Position numbers and translations under genes: made by a program. Below the pieces are notes generated by a model that saw nothing but the letters and a program-made list of their open reading frames with translations, did no database searches and was not told where the DNA came from. Source: the human T2T-CHM13v2.0 reference genome, Homo sapiens. From it: 64,000 nucleotides of DNA. The DNA lies in NCBI RefSeq assembly GCF_009914755.1, contig NC_060931.1, one strand, 5' to 3'. This document shows, one piece after another, positions 16,895 to 31,280 of the stretch. Numbering within the stretch: position 1 is the stretch's first letter; the number at the start of each line of letters is the position of its first letter.

Positions 16895-18869
16895 TCAGGT
16901 CGAAGGAGTAAAGATAAAGTCACCATATGGTGACTTCAATAGATATTTTGAATGAATAGATGCTCAACTACTCATGAGAAACCTCTACTGTAGATTTTTT
17001 GGAAAAAAATTATTTGAAGATACTCTAACCAAATCAATGATTAATGAAAGTATAGCAAGAAAGGGAAAATTGTAGTTCAAAAGGATAAGGTCTCTTCTTA
17101 TTCAGTTTGCACCCCAACTTCAGGAATCTCTTTGAATTATGTATTTCCAGATAGATCCTGAGGTCTTGGGACAAAGTTTGACCTTGTGTCATTTTAATTA
17201 ACTAGTCATATTCCTTTCTCCCTTTCTTGGTATAAGGATACGTGTTTCTTGAACCAGTCTCCACCCAACAAATCAGATGGAATGTCTTGACTTGTTTGAT
17301 GACTATTTAAAACAATAACTACTGTTGTTCTTCCAGGACTTGCTAACAATGGCTAAGTTTTCACTTGATTGGAACACTATGCCAGAAGAAATACTTAACA
17401 AAAAGTCTTTTTTTCCCTTTATAGAAGCAGAATTACACAGAACAACATAATGGACATTTTTATGGCTGAGCAATTTGAATAATGATATTTTGCATCTTCA
17501 AAACTTAATTTAAATGATCATAGAGTCTTTAATTTTGGAAAATTTAGTAAACCATCCAGGGACAAATATTACCTTTCACCAGATCTTTCTTCATAGCATC
17601 TGGATCTGTTAATACTTCCAGGTTAACTAGAATTTAAAATACATGCAGCATGATCTTGACAATATGACCTTGACCATGTAAAAATATATGAGAAAAAGAC
17701 TACGAAGAAATATATCAAAATGTATGAAGTAATTATTTCTAGATATTGGAAATCTGGGAGATTTGAGGGTTTTTTCCCACTTTTCTGTGTTTTCAAATGA
17801 CCATTTTTTATTAAAAATGAATGTTATTTCTACAAAAATCAGAACATACAATTTATATATGTCCATAATATTAACTAAGTGAAGAAGAAATGTATAAAGA
17901 GAAAAACAGCAGGAAGGAAGAATACTAGAATTTTAATGGTTCCTGAGTGATTTAATTTCTGCTTTCTGGCTTTTTGTATTTTCCAAATTTTCTGTGATTA
18001 GCAGAGCATATATTAATTTTTAATGTAAAAAGTCACTCTCTTTCAAAAAATAAATGGTAAACAAATAAGGCAGCAAATGCCAAAAACAAAAAACAAAAAA
18101 CAAAAAAAACCCACCCAGTTCCAATAATAAGCAAGATTATTGCAAGGAAGTTCACTGTGGCCGTGCATTAGGAATGACTTTATGGGAGACAGAACTTTTG
18201 CTGGGCTTGAAGTATGAGCAGGTGTAACTGGGCAAAGAGGAAGGAATAGGGCACTCCCAGCGCAGGAAGGGGGCCTGCCCACAGGGTGGAGGTAGAACAT
18301 TCTGACTGGAGCAGAAAGCTCATTCAGGGAAGTGAAGGAGGGTAAGCATAAAGTTTGGCTCCACTCAACTGGGGAGGGGTATGGGTCTCCAGTGAGATAC
18401 CTTGAGTTTATTCTGCAAAAAAGCATTGTCTGTTTATGCCATAAATGCCTAAAGTATCCCAGGAGATTATTTGCAATTACGTTCAGGTAGTTGTTTCCAT
18501 CCACTATTGACTTAGTTCCATAGTCAAGAAGACTTCCACTGGGACCATTCCGTTTCACTTTGTGACCTATATTCCTCCTTCTGCTGCCTTCCCTTTAACA
18601 TTCTTCCCCTCTGCCTAAAGCCCTTTGACTTCTTGGCTCCATTCAGGACCCCCCCACTCTCCTCCTAACCCTGCAGTAAGTTCCTTACTCTACAAAATCA
18701 TCCTGTTGTTCTTTCTGGCATCCACACCCATCCAACAATATTGCTCTTCCCTTAATGTTGTTGATGGCAGATAGGAAATTACTCAGTTATAGTAATTCAT
18801 AATAAAGGGTAAGTTATTTCTAAGTTTAACATTTACTTTCAAGAGATATTCCCATTTTAAAAGAGGTGC

Positions 18870-19141
18870 TCGTTCCGCATGTTTTCACTCATAGGTGGGA
18901 ACTGAACAATGAGAACACGTGGACACAGGAAGGGGAACATCACACACCAGGGACTGTTGTGGGGTGGGGTGAGGGGGGAGGGATAGCATTGGGAGATATA
19001 CCTAATGCTAAATGACGAGTTGATGGGTGCAGCACACCAACATGGCACATGTATACATATGTAACAAGCCTGCACGTTGTGCACATGTACCCAAAAACTT
19101 AAAGTATAATAATAATTAAAAAATAAAAAATAAAAATAAAT
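18870..19141 (+). mobile_element. 5'-truncated L1PA 3' end
   Basis: L1PA 3'UTR (gggagggatagcattgggagatatacctaatgc...aacttaaagtataat), A tail, TSD AAAAGAGGTGC at 18859-18869 and 19142-19152. Confidence 0.95.
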
Positions 19142-20688
19142 AAAAGAGGTGCGTGTTAACCCATTCTACTTAGTACAATGGAGGGAAGGAAGGAGGTAAA
19201 TTTTTTGAGCTACATGCCTTATCCTCAAACTAATAAAGCCACCAGTTAAACGTCCCAGAGCCAACAACTTTGGAAAAGTTGTCAATCCCTTTAAATCCCC
19301 ATAAATTCAAGAGTGAGAGCTGGAGGAGATAGGATACAGGCGAGCCTCCAGGGCAGGTCAGTGCCAGGGAGGGCTGATGCCGACCCGTGATATTCTCCTC
19401 TACTGACACAGCTGGTCACAGCAGGTGAGTGAAATGCCTGCAGTCTCAGGGACCCAGGCAGAGCCAAGACTTCCTTTGACCCCTGGAGTGGGGACACATA
19501 CTTTCCTGCTTACCCTACCACCCACCTGTTCAGTGTGTGCTTGACCTGACCCCATGCCTGGAGCAGGGAAAAAGGAGGAGGAAGAGGAGATATGCGTGGG
19601 ACAGCACTCTGTGAGCTGGAGGGGAGGCAGGGTGATATGAAGAACAGATGCAAGGGCCGGTTATTATTAGTGCCCTTGGTAAACAGGAGAGCTGCTTACA
19701 CAGGGATGAAATCAGCTGTTTTTGTACTGAGGCAAGTTCCAACAATTACTGCCTCCACTCTCTTCCCAACTTAATCTGACTTTCTTTAACCCTATTTCTA
19801 CTTTCCCCATCTTCAGTCTACTTTCTGCAACCAGGTATACAATAATAATAACTGTTGGAACTAACCACTCCAGGAACAATTCTAAGACATCATATATGTA
19901 AACTTTATTTTCCTTACAACCAGCCTCTGATGGAGGTGCTGTTGTTGTCACTGTTTCACAGATGAGGGCCCTAAAGCCTAAAGAGTTGAAATCACTTGCC
20001 TAAGATCACCCAGCTGATAAGTGGCAGGACTGGGATTTAAATCTGTATACTATTCCTACACACTTTGATGTACTACCTTAATGTTTTAGACTCATTAAAC
20101 TTTGCTTTTATCATGTGTGTAAGGAATCCATAATTCACACTGAACAGAGTCCATACTCTTCAATCCAGAAGTAAAGTGCTTTCACACCCTGACCTCATTC
20201 TACTACCTATCTTACATACACAACTTGATCTCCGACCCCTTTGACACAGGAAATCACACCCTGGCCAAATGGATCTAGTCAATAACCTCTGAACTCTGAA
20301 CTTACATATACACTCAATATCCCTGCACATTCAGCCTTTGTCACCTACCCCTTCTCCTCCTCACCTCCAGCTCATTGGAATACCCGACTTTCCCATACTA
20401 TCTCTTGTGTCTGGGACAAAGCTCAACAAAATACTTGCAAACCGAATCCGGCAGCACATCAAAAAGCTGATACACCACAATCAAGTAGGCTTCATCCCTG
20501 GGATGCAAGGTTGGTCCAACATACTCAAATCAATAAATGTGATTCATCACGTAAACAGAACTAAAGACAAAAACCACATGATTATCTCAATAGATGCAGA
20601 AAAGGCTTTTGATAAAATTCAACATCCCTTCATGTTAAAAACCCTCAATAAACTAAGTATTGAAGGAATATACCTCAAAATAACATGA

Positions 20689-20802
<114 letters not shown>

Positions 20803-21703
20803 TAGTATTGGAAGTCCTGGCCAGAGCAATCAGGCAAGAGAAAGAAATAAGGGCATCCAAATAGAGAGGAAGTCAAACTATCTCTGTTTGCAGATGACAT
20901 GATCCTATACCCAGAAAACCTCATAATCTCAGCCCAAAAGCTCCTTCAGCTGATAAACTACTTCAGCAAAGTTTCAGGATACAAAATTAATGTACAAAAT
21001 ATTGCTAGCATTCCTATACACCAACAAAAGCCAAGCTGAGAGACAAATCAGGAATGGAATCTCATTCACAATTGCCACAAAAAGAATAAAATACCTAGGA
21101 ATACAGCAAACCAGGGAGGTGAAATATCTCTACAATGAGAATTACAAAACACTCTTCAGAGAAATCAGAGATGACACAAACAAATGGAAAAGCATTTCAT
21201 GTTCATGGATAGGATGAATCAATATCATTAAAATGGCCATGCTGCCCAAAGCAATTTACAGATTCATTGTGTTATCCCTATCAAACTACTAATAACATCC
21301 TTTGTAGAACTAGAAAATACTATTTTAAAATTCATGTGGAACCAAAGAAAAGCCCAAATGGCCAAGGCAATCCTCAGAACAAAAGCTGGAAGAACAAAAG
21401 AACAAAGCTGGAAGCATCACATTACCTGACTTCAAACTATACTACAGGGTTATAGTAACCAAAGCAGCATGATCCTGGTACAAAAATAGACACACAGACC
21501 AATGGAACAGAATAGAGAGCCCAGAAATAAGGCTGCACACCTACAACCATCTGATCTTAGACAAAGCTGACAAAAACAAGCAATGGGGAAAGGACTCCCT
21601 ATTCAGTAAATGGTGCTGGGATAACTGGCTAGTCATATGCAGAAGATTGAAACTGGACCCCTTTCTTACACCATACACAAAAATCAACTCAAGATAGGTT
21701 AAA

Positions 21704-22000
21704 GTCCAGGTGCGGTGGCTCACACCTGTAATCCCAGCACTTTGGTAGGCCCAGGTGGGCAGATCACCTGAGGTCAGGAGTTTGAGACCAGCCTGGCCAA
21801 CATGGCAAAACCCCATCTCTACTAAAAATATAAAAAATTAGCTGAGAGTTTTGGCAGGCACCTATAATCCCAGCTACTTGGGAGGCTGAGACAGAAGAAT
21901 TGCTTGATCCTGGGGGGGGAGGTCACAGTGAGCCGAGATTGTGCCATTGCACTCCAGCCTGTGCAACAGGGCAAGACTCTGTCTCAAAAAAAAAAAAAAA
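21704..22000 (+). mobile_element. Alu in L1
   Basis: Full Alu with poly(A). Confidence 0.96.
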
Positions 22001-22761
22001 CTATATTAAAGACTTAAATGTAAAACCCAAATTTATAAAAATCCTGGAAGACAACCTATGTAATACTGTTCAAGACATAGGAACAGGCAAAAGTTTCACG
22101 GTGAAGACTCGGAAAGCAATTGCAACAAAAGTACAAATTAACAAATTAGATCTAATTAAACTTGAGAGCTTCTGCACAGCAAAAGAAACTATCATCAACA
22201 CATTAAACAGACAACCTACAGAATGGGATCAAATATTTGCAAACTATGCTTCTGACAAAGTTCTAATATCCAAAAGCTATAAGGAACTTAAACAAATTTA
22301 CAAGAGAGAAAAACAACTCCATTAAAAAGTGGGCAAAGGACATGAACAGACAGTTTTCGAAAAAAGACATTCATGTGGCCAACAAACATATGAAGAAAAA
22401 GCTCAACATCACTGATTACCAGAGAAATGTAAATCAAAACCACGATGAGATACCATCTACCACCAGTTAGAATGACTATTATTAAAGAGTCAAAAAATAA
22501 CAGATGCTGGCGAGGTTGCGGAGAAAAGGGAATGCTTATACACTGTTGGTGGGAATGTAAATTAGTTCAGTCACTGTGGAAAGCAGTGTGGCAATTTCTC
22601 AAGGAGCTAAAAATAGAACCACCATTCGACCCAACAATCCCATTACTGGTATTTACCCAAAGGAATATAAATAGTTCTACCATAAAGATAAATGCACGCA
22701 TATGTTCACTGCAGCAGGATTCACAGTAGCAAAGATACGGACTCAACCTAAATGCCCATCA

Positions 22762-23091
<330 letters not shown>

Positions 23092-23604
23092 GAAAATCCG
23101 GTGCATATACACCGTAGATATGTACGGCATGGCCCCAAACCATGATCCTGGTACAAAAACAGACACATGGACCAACATAACAGAACAGAAAGCTGAGAAA
23201 TAAGGCTGCATGCCTACAACCATCTGATCTTCCACAAAGCTGACAAAAACAAGCAATGGAGAAAGAACTCCCTGTTCAATAAATGATGCTGGGATAACCG
23301 GCTAGCCATAGGCAGAAGATTGAAACTGGACTCCTTCTTCACACCATACACGAAAATCAACTCAAGGTAGATTAAAGACTTAAATATAAAATCCTTTACA
23401 GAGGTAAAATCTTTAAGATATTCTGGAAAAATAGATTAATAAAACCTCCAGAGTTTGATGGAACCATTTCCACCCCCTACAGAAACCTTTATTTGCCTGT
23501 CAACAACATCTGTCCAATCATTTTGGTTTCTGGCTTCTTCCACTAATGTCTCACTGTAACCACCATTACCAGCCCCTCTGCATGGGTGTCTGGGTGTCTC
23601 CTGG

Positions 23605-23750
23605 TTCAGTGAGTCTCAAACTTGAATATACATGTGGATCACTTGGAGATTATGATTTAGGACTTCTAAGTCGGGCCCGAGTGTCTGCATTTCAAACAAG
23701 CTGCCAGGTGATGCCAATGCTGTTAGTTCACGGACCAAACTTTGAGCAAA
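23605..23750. mobile_element. MER5A-like remnant
   Basis: cagtgagtctcaaacttgaat...ctgcatttcaaacaagctgccaggtgatgccaatgctg...ggaccaaactttgag. Confidence 0.7.
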
Positions 23751-25565
23751 CTTAACATCATGCCTAACTTGGCATAACAGATGCCAGCTCTTTTTCCTTC
23801 TGCCAGGTGATACACAATTATGAGGCTTCCCCCTAGATAGGTCCCCTCCTGGATCACCCAATACACCTATGGAAACCCTCTCACTTGCAAAAAATCTGCA
23901 ATTCCAATTGCGCTTCATACCTTCTCCTTCTGCTTGCTCACATCTTCCCCTCATGTCGTCTCCCTCCCTCCTTCTTTTCCCTCTCCCTCTGACCCATACC
24001 AGCTTCAGTGGAGTAATCTTTACTACAGTTCTTGTCATGGTGCTCCCTGTTAAATAACTGTAGCATGCGTTTCTTGCTACCCAGAGATTCTGTAATTACA
24101 ATAATAATGTCTGCACACAATTTCTAGCCAGTCTGAAGACTGCACACTGTTGTGGGATGCGTGTATCACAATAAGAGGAAATACGTGGGAAGAGAATCAG
24201 AAAAAAGCTTGGAAGAACATTCTGTACTTTATGTTTTATTTACAAAGGCCCTTAATTATTTATTATGAGCATCATTATTCTTCCCTATAATCACAAGAGA
24301 AAAGAAAGCGTATTATTGAAGTTGAGGGATGTTAGCAGAGCCCCAGGGAAGGCTCCGGGGCCCCCACACAGCAGGAACAGGAGGAGTGTCCCACTGATAA
24401 AGACTGAGAGCTCAAGGCTGCTTCCAATGTTCCCACCACCTCCAGGTGGGCTGCCCACGCCTGGCAGCGAGCAAGGCCACCTCAGGGTTTCTCCTTCATC
24501 ACCATCCAGCACTGTGACTCTGAAACTTTTCAATTTCATGGAACCTTTCGAAAATCTGAATCTGAGCAAAGGGAAGGCCTCTGTGCACACAATCACGCAA
24601 GAAAACACAGACTCCTTAAAAGTTCAGGGTTCACAGTTTTCCCACGGCCATGAAAAACGGACCCTAGACTTAAAAGTATCCACACAGTAGAAGCATAAAA
24701 GAGCCATGCTCAAGAAATTGTCTAGAAGTGAGAGGTGCAGAGGACATTTGGTGTAAAGTTAGGTCTGGATTCACACCCCACATCTGCCATTGCTAGGACA
24801 TGAATTTGGGCACCTTGCTTAACCTCTCTGAAGTAGTGATACCTACCTTGTGGGCTCGCACCAAGGATTATATGCAGTAAAGTACATGAAGGTACCTGCC
24901 AGGAAGCAGACATGCAATCGATAGTAGAGGAATGTATCACTCTGATTTGGGATGCAGAGGGACTTCTAAAAGTGGCAATTCTTACTCAGAATAAGAGATG
25001 TCTATGTGTTTTAATCCAAATTAAGAGGAGCCTTGCCCTCTTTGCCCATTTATTCAATGGCTGCTGGCCACTTGACAGCAGGGTCACTGCCCCACTCAGC
25101 AAGGTCACTGCCTCACTCAACAGGGTCTGGGTGAGCTGAGGCAGAGCAGTACACCTTCCACAATATGCCAGAAAAAAACACACTTGTGGTTACACTGGCC
25201 TCTGGAGCCTCAAAAAGCTGAAGAAGCCCAGAGAGATTTGCTTAAAAGCACTATTTGAAGTCCTTGGTAAAAAATGCAACCTAAGGACAATTGTATTTCT
25301 ACATTGAAAGGCTTTTAAAACTACTTTAAATTGGAAGGTCAGAGCTTCAAAGAGCATAATGACTGGCTGTTTATCTCCATTACCCTCTGCTTCTGGTGCT
25401 TCTGTGAACATGTTCTGACCTCAAACTGTGAGTGGAAATGCAGGAAGGATGCTGTCTGTGCATTAGTGAGAGCCTTGAAACTTGCCTAGAGCACTTCTGA
25501 AACTCTGCCAAGATGAAATAAATAGCATATAGCCTCCCTTCAAATCTCAACTTGAAAATGACACT

Positions 25566-25925
<360 letters not shown>

Positions 25926-26048
25926 TTACTAGAAAGAGAAGTTGTGATGATTACATGAGAAAAAGTTATTTTCAGACATCATAGATCTAAGTGTGAAAAC
26001 AAAACTAATCAGGCTTCTAAAAGAATATAGAAGAGAGATTTTTATCAC

Positions 26049-26470
26049 TATCTTAGTCTGTTTGTGCTGCTATAACAAAATGCCATGGACTGGGTAATTT
26101 ATAAGAACTGACATTTATTTCTCACAGTTTTAGAGGCTGAGAGTCCAAGTTAAATGCACCAGTAGCTTTGATTGTCAAGTAAGGGCCTAGTCTCTGCTCC
26201 CAAGTTGGGGCCCTGTTGCTGAATCGGATGGAGGAGATAAATGCTGTATCCTCACATGGCAGAGGGACAGAAAGGCAAGAGGTGCAAACTCCCTCTGTCA
26301 AGTCCTTTTATAAGGACACCTAATCCCATTCATGAAGGCAGAGTCCTCATGACTCAATTGCCTCCAAAAGGCCACACTTACTAATACTGTTGCATTGGGA
26401 ATTAAGTTTCAACATGAATTTTGAAGGAACAGAAACCCTTCATTGCAATGGTCATTGCAAGGTCATAGCA
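26049..26470 (-). mobile_element. MST/MLT1A-type MaLR LTR
   Basis: tatcttagtctgtttgtgctgctataacaaaatgcca...aagtttcaacatgaattttg. Confidence 0.85.
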
Positions 26471-26601
26471 ATGACCTTGGGGTAAGCAAAAGTTTCTTAA
26501 ACAGACCATGAAAAGAGCTAACCATAAAAGAAAAAAATTGATAAACTTTTTTTAGTATGAAGAACCTTCTGTCCATCAAAAGACACCATTAAGAGAGTTA
26601 A

Positions 26602-26862
26602 GACTGGGTGCGGTAGCTCACGCCTCTAATCCCCAGCACTCTGGGAGGCTGGGGTGGGTGGGTCACTTGAGGTCAGGAGTTTGAGACCAGCCTGGCCAAC
26701 ATGGTGAAACCCCATCTCTACTAAAAATACAAAAAATTAGACGGGCGTGGTGGCACGTGTCTGTAATCCCAGTTACTCAGGAGGCTAAGGCAGGAGAATT
26801 GCTTGAACCTGGGAGGCGAAGTTGGCAGTGAACCGAGATCATGCCACTGCACTCCGAACTGG
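26602..26862 (+). mobile_element. Alu lacking its 3' end and tail
   Basis: Alu runs to cactgcactcc then fuses to L1 sequence (ctgggagaaaagatatttgc). Confidence 0.9.
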
Positions 26863-26976
26863 GAGAAAAGATATTTGCAATACACATATCTAATAAATAA
26901 ATAGTATGAAAGACTCCTTTAAATTGTTTTAACAGATAAAAATAAAATTTTAAATGTTCAAAAGACTGGAACAGGG

Positions 26977-27271
26977 GGCCGGGCACGGTGGTTTATGCCT
27001 GTAATCCCAGCACTTTGAGAGGCCAAGGCGGATGGATCACCTGAGGTCAGGAGTTCGAGTCCACCCTGGCCAACATGGTGAAACTCCGTCTCTACTAAAT
27101 ATACAAAAATTAGCTGGGCATGGTGACATATGTCTGCAATCCCAGCTACTCGGGAGGCTGAGGCAGGGAGAATTGCTTCAGGTGGAAGTGGAGGTTGCAG
27201 TGAGCTGAGAGCGTGCCACTGCACTCCAGCCTGGGCAACAGAATGAGACTCAGTCTCAAAAAAAAAAAAAA
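26977..27271 (+). mobile_element. Alu
   Basis: Full Alu; TSD aagactggaacag / aagacttgaacag. Confidence 0.96.
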
Positions 27272-27568
27272 GACTTGAACAGACACTTCACAAAAGACAA
27301 TATCCAAATGGTCAATGTGTGCATGAAGAGAGTTGCTCAAAACCATCAGTCATCAGGGAAATGAAAGTTAAATCACAGTGAGATACCACTACTCACCCAC
27401 CAGAATGGCTACAATAAAGAAGATTGACAGTACCAACAGTGGGAGAGAATGCAGACAACTGGAGCCCCCACATGCTCCTGGTGGGAATGTAAATTTCTTT
27501 GAACATCTTTATGTGTGATCCCTGTGAAGATGGAGAGTGCTGAAAGAGAAGAAAGCACCTAATAGTAG

Positions 27569-27925
27569 GTGTTACGGACTGAATGTTTTGTCTTCCCCAA
27601 ATTTATATGTTGAAACCTAATGCCCAATGTGATGGTATTAGGAAGTTAAGCCTTTGGGAGATGATTAGGTCAAGAGAGTGGAGCACCCATGAATGCAGTT
27701 AGTGCCCTTATAAGAAAAGACCCAAGAGAGATGATTTGTCTCTTGGTCCTGTGAGGATACAACCAGAAGACAGCTATCTGCAAACCTGGAAGAGGGCCCT
27801 CATCAGACACTGAATCAGCTGATCTGGGACTTCCCAGCCCCCAGAATTGTGAAAAAATAAATGTTTGTTGTTTAAGTCACCCAATCTATAGTATTCTGTT
27901 ATGGCAGCCTGCAATGACCAGGATA
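27569..27925 (+). mobile_element. MLT1A-type solo LTR
   Basis: tgttacggactgaatg...tatgttgaaacctaat...aataaatgtttgttgtttaagtcacccaatctatagtattctgttatggcagcc. Confidence 0.85.
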
Positions 27926-28619
27926 GTAGGGAGTATTTTTTTTAAGTGAGCCATGGTTGAGGAGGTGAATATCAAGTCTCTCTTACACTTGAGCTCACTT
28001 GAAGCCATCCTTAGCTACTGGTTGGTGCACTTGGAGATGTCAGCTTGTCTTTGTTTAGTCCTTCTCTCCTTGTTGTATATTTTTTTTCTTCCTTTCTCTT
28101 GAGTTTAGATCTCTGGGTTTGGAGCCATTGATCTGCTTCAGCCACACTCCCCCACCAACTCCTCCAGTTTCCAACAATTTTTCTTTTTTTTTTTTCACTT
28201 TTGGGGGGATAAACAAAGAAATGGACAAGCAGGTGAATGGATTTACTTCCCATTGCTGCAAAATGCATGCCTAAGCAGCCTCTTCCCATATTGATACGGG
28301 TTCTTTGTCAAAAGATACTCAGGATTACTGTAGACTGAAATGTAGTCTTTTAGTGTAATTTTTCTTTCTTAAACATGAATGCTCATGATTATCATCTTAT
28401 TTAGTAAACTATCCTTGATCCTTCTTCACGCCCATCATTTGGTCATTTTATTGTGCTTCTAAGTGCCTGATTTCTCCTTCGGTTCCTGACACCCTCCTGC
28501 TGAGGTCTTTACAACCTACCAGTGCTCACAGTTCCGTGAATTCTTCATTCAGCCAATGGTACCATTTGCCAAGGACAATTTGAGAATATTGGATCACAGC
28601 CTCTTTTCACAGCCTATGA

Positions 28620-29283
<664 letters not shown>

Positions 29284-29639
29284 TTAATTAATCAATTTTA
29301 AAAAATAAATGAATACAAGCTAATCTCAATTTTTCCTAGATTTAGTACATAGTACATTAATGTTCATGTGGATTATTTTCCTGAGCAGATCCTGACATTG
29401 AGACTCCTAAATACTTCCATGTATCTAATTCAAGCAATTGCAGGAAGGACAGATTTGTATGCAAGACCATTTCTAGGAAATATATCAGTAATTTTTAAAT
29501 CTCCTAAACTCTGCTCATCTCCATCAACATTTGGAACTTGCAGTGCCAAGCGGAAGTTTCCTGTTTTCCTTTGTTCTAACCAGAATTATATAGATGGGCT
29601 CTACCCTTGTGACAGACACCATTTATCATCTACTCAGTA

Positions 29640-30150
29640 TTCATTTCCCCCTACCACCACCCTATTCCTCCTCTGAATGCACCACCCTTATTTTTCTCCA
29701 GGGAATACCAGGCAATGCATCTCTGCCTGGAACAGCAATCTCATTCCCCCGACCTGTGATGGGTCTAGGGATGGCATGTGCCCCAGTTCTGCCACTGAGA
29801 TGTATGCAGAATCTGCCAGGTAGAGCCTCAGAGGAAATGGCTGCTTTCTTGATGGGAAGGAAAAAGCCTGCTTGTCCTGGCTCCTTGCCCTTTTACCTTT
29901 ACTTTTCTCTTGTCCTCATTCTTCCTTCCTGGAACACAAATGTGATACTAGAGCTATAGGAATCACCATGTGACCAAAAGGGAACAATCAAGAGAAATGC
30001 AGAGACATCAGCCCTAATGTTGTTGAGCTGTTCAATCAGCAGGCAACATCCCATCTCTGGACTTGTTATGTGAGAAAAATTAACCTCTAATAGTTTAAGC
30101 CTGTCTATTTTGTTTTCTGTTACTTGAAGCCAAAAGCATTCCTAGCAGAT
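29640..30150 (+). mobile_element. Old MLT1-type LTR remnant
   Basis: ctctggacttgttatgtgagaaaaat...tttaagcc...ttctgttacttgaagccaaaagcattcct. Confidence 0.6.
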
Positions 30151-30494
30151 GCCTCCATTATTATCATGAGGTAACTAATATGTATTAAGCAGCTTCCATG
30201 CATCAAGGATTGAGCTGTTTTGCATATGCTAGTTCCTTGGCTCCTCAGACAGCCCTATGAAGTAGCTCTTAGCATCTTTGTTTATAGATTAGGGCACTGA
30301 GTTCAAAGAGATTAAGGAAAAGGTAGACCAAGATGAAACCCAGGCCTATCTGACTCTACTACCCCAGTTCTTCCTATCCCACCATACTGCTGGGAAGGGC
30401 AGATGGCAGCTTGCCCTATTTTGGCTAAAATTTGAGCCTTTGGATAGTGAAGTAGGAGCATTTGGTGGTTTGGGTTTTTTTATTATTATTATTT

Positions 30495-31280
30495 CAGATA
30501 ATGATAAGTACCATGAAAAAATTAAAAAGAATTACAGATAGTAACTAGAGAATGACCCTAGTGACTACAGATTGGAAGTCAGAAAAACTTCTTTGAGAAG
30601 GAAATAATTGAGCAGAGTCCTGAATAATAAGGATGAACCAACCACACAAAGATCTGACAGAGAGTGTTCCAGGCTGGGAACAGCACGTGCAAATGCCCTG
30701 AGATGCAAGCAAGCCTCAAGTACGGCAGTGAGTTGGGCATAATAAGCCAGGAAGTAAGACATGAAGTCAGAGAGGCAGCAATGTGTAGGGTCTTGTGAGC
30801 TGTGGAGGAAAGTTTGGAAGGCATTGGAGGGTTTTACTCAGGCAGGTGACTTGATCTGATTTACCTTTTAAAAAGACCACTTTGCAGCTGTGTAAAGAAT
30901 GGACTGTACAGAGGTTAAAAGTGGAGGCAGAGAGACCAGTTGGGAGGCTATTGCAGTAATCCAGGCAAAAGAAGATGGTGGCTCAGACCAGGGTGGTAAA
31001 CAGCAGAAAAAGTGGTGGGATAGGGGTAAGTTGTGAAGACAGAACTAACAGGGCTTGATTTTGATTCATTATAGGGGTTAAGAGAAAGAGGAGTCAAAAT
31101 CATTCTGGTGGGCTGGCAGCTCCATTTGCTAGGATGGAGAGGACTAAGGTGGATCACTTCGGGGAGGGCCTGGTGGAAGGGGGTAGGACTTGGGAACTAA
31201 GAGTTCCCTTTAGATCATGCTGTGTTTGAGATGCTTATGAAACATCCCGTGGAGATGTTGAGTGGGCAGTTAAATGAGGT
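30495..31280 (-). mobile_element. L2 fragment
   Basis: gagtgttccaggctgggaacagcacgtgcaaatgccctgag, gaccagttgggaggctattgcagtaatccagg. Confidence 0.8.

Larger units (their letters stand above)
25960..27500 (+). mobile_element. Old L1M ORF2 3' fragment interrupted by a MaLR LTR and two Alus
   Basis: aacagacacttcacaaaagacaatatccaaatgg, gagataccactactcacccaccagaatggc and similar L1 motifs. Confidence 0.75.
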
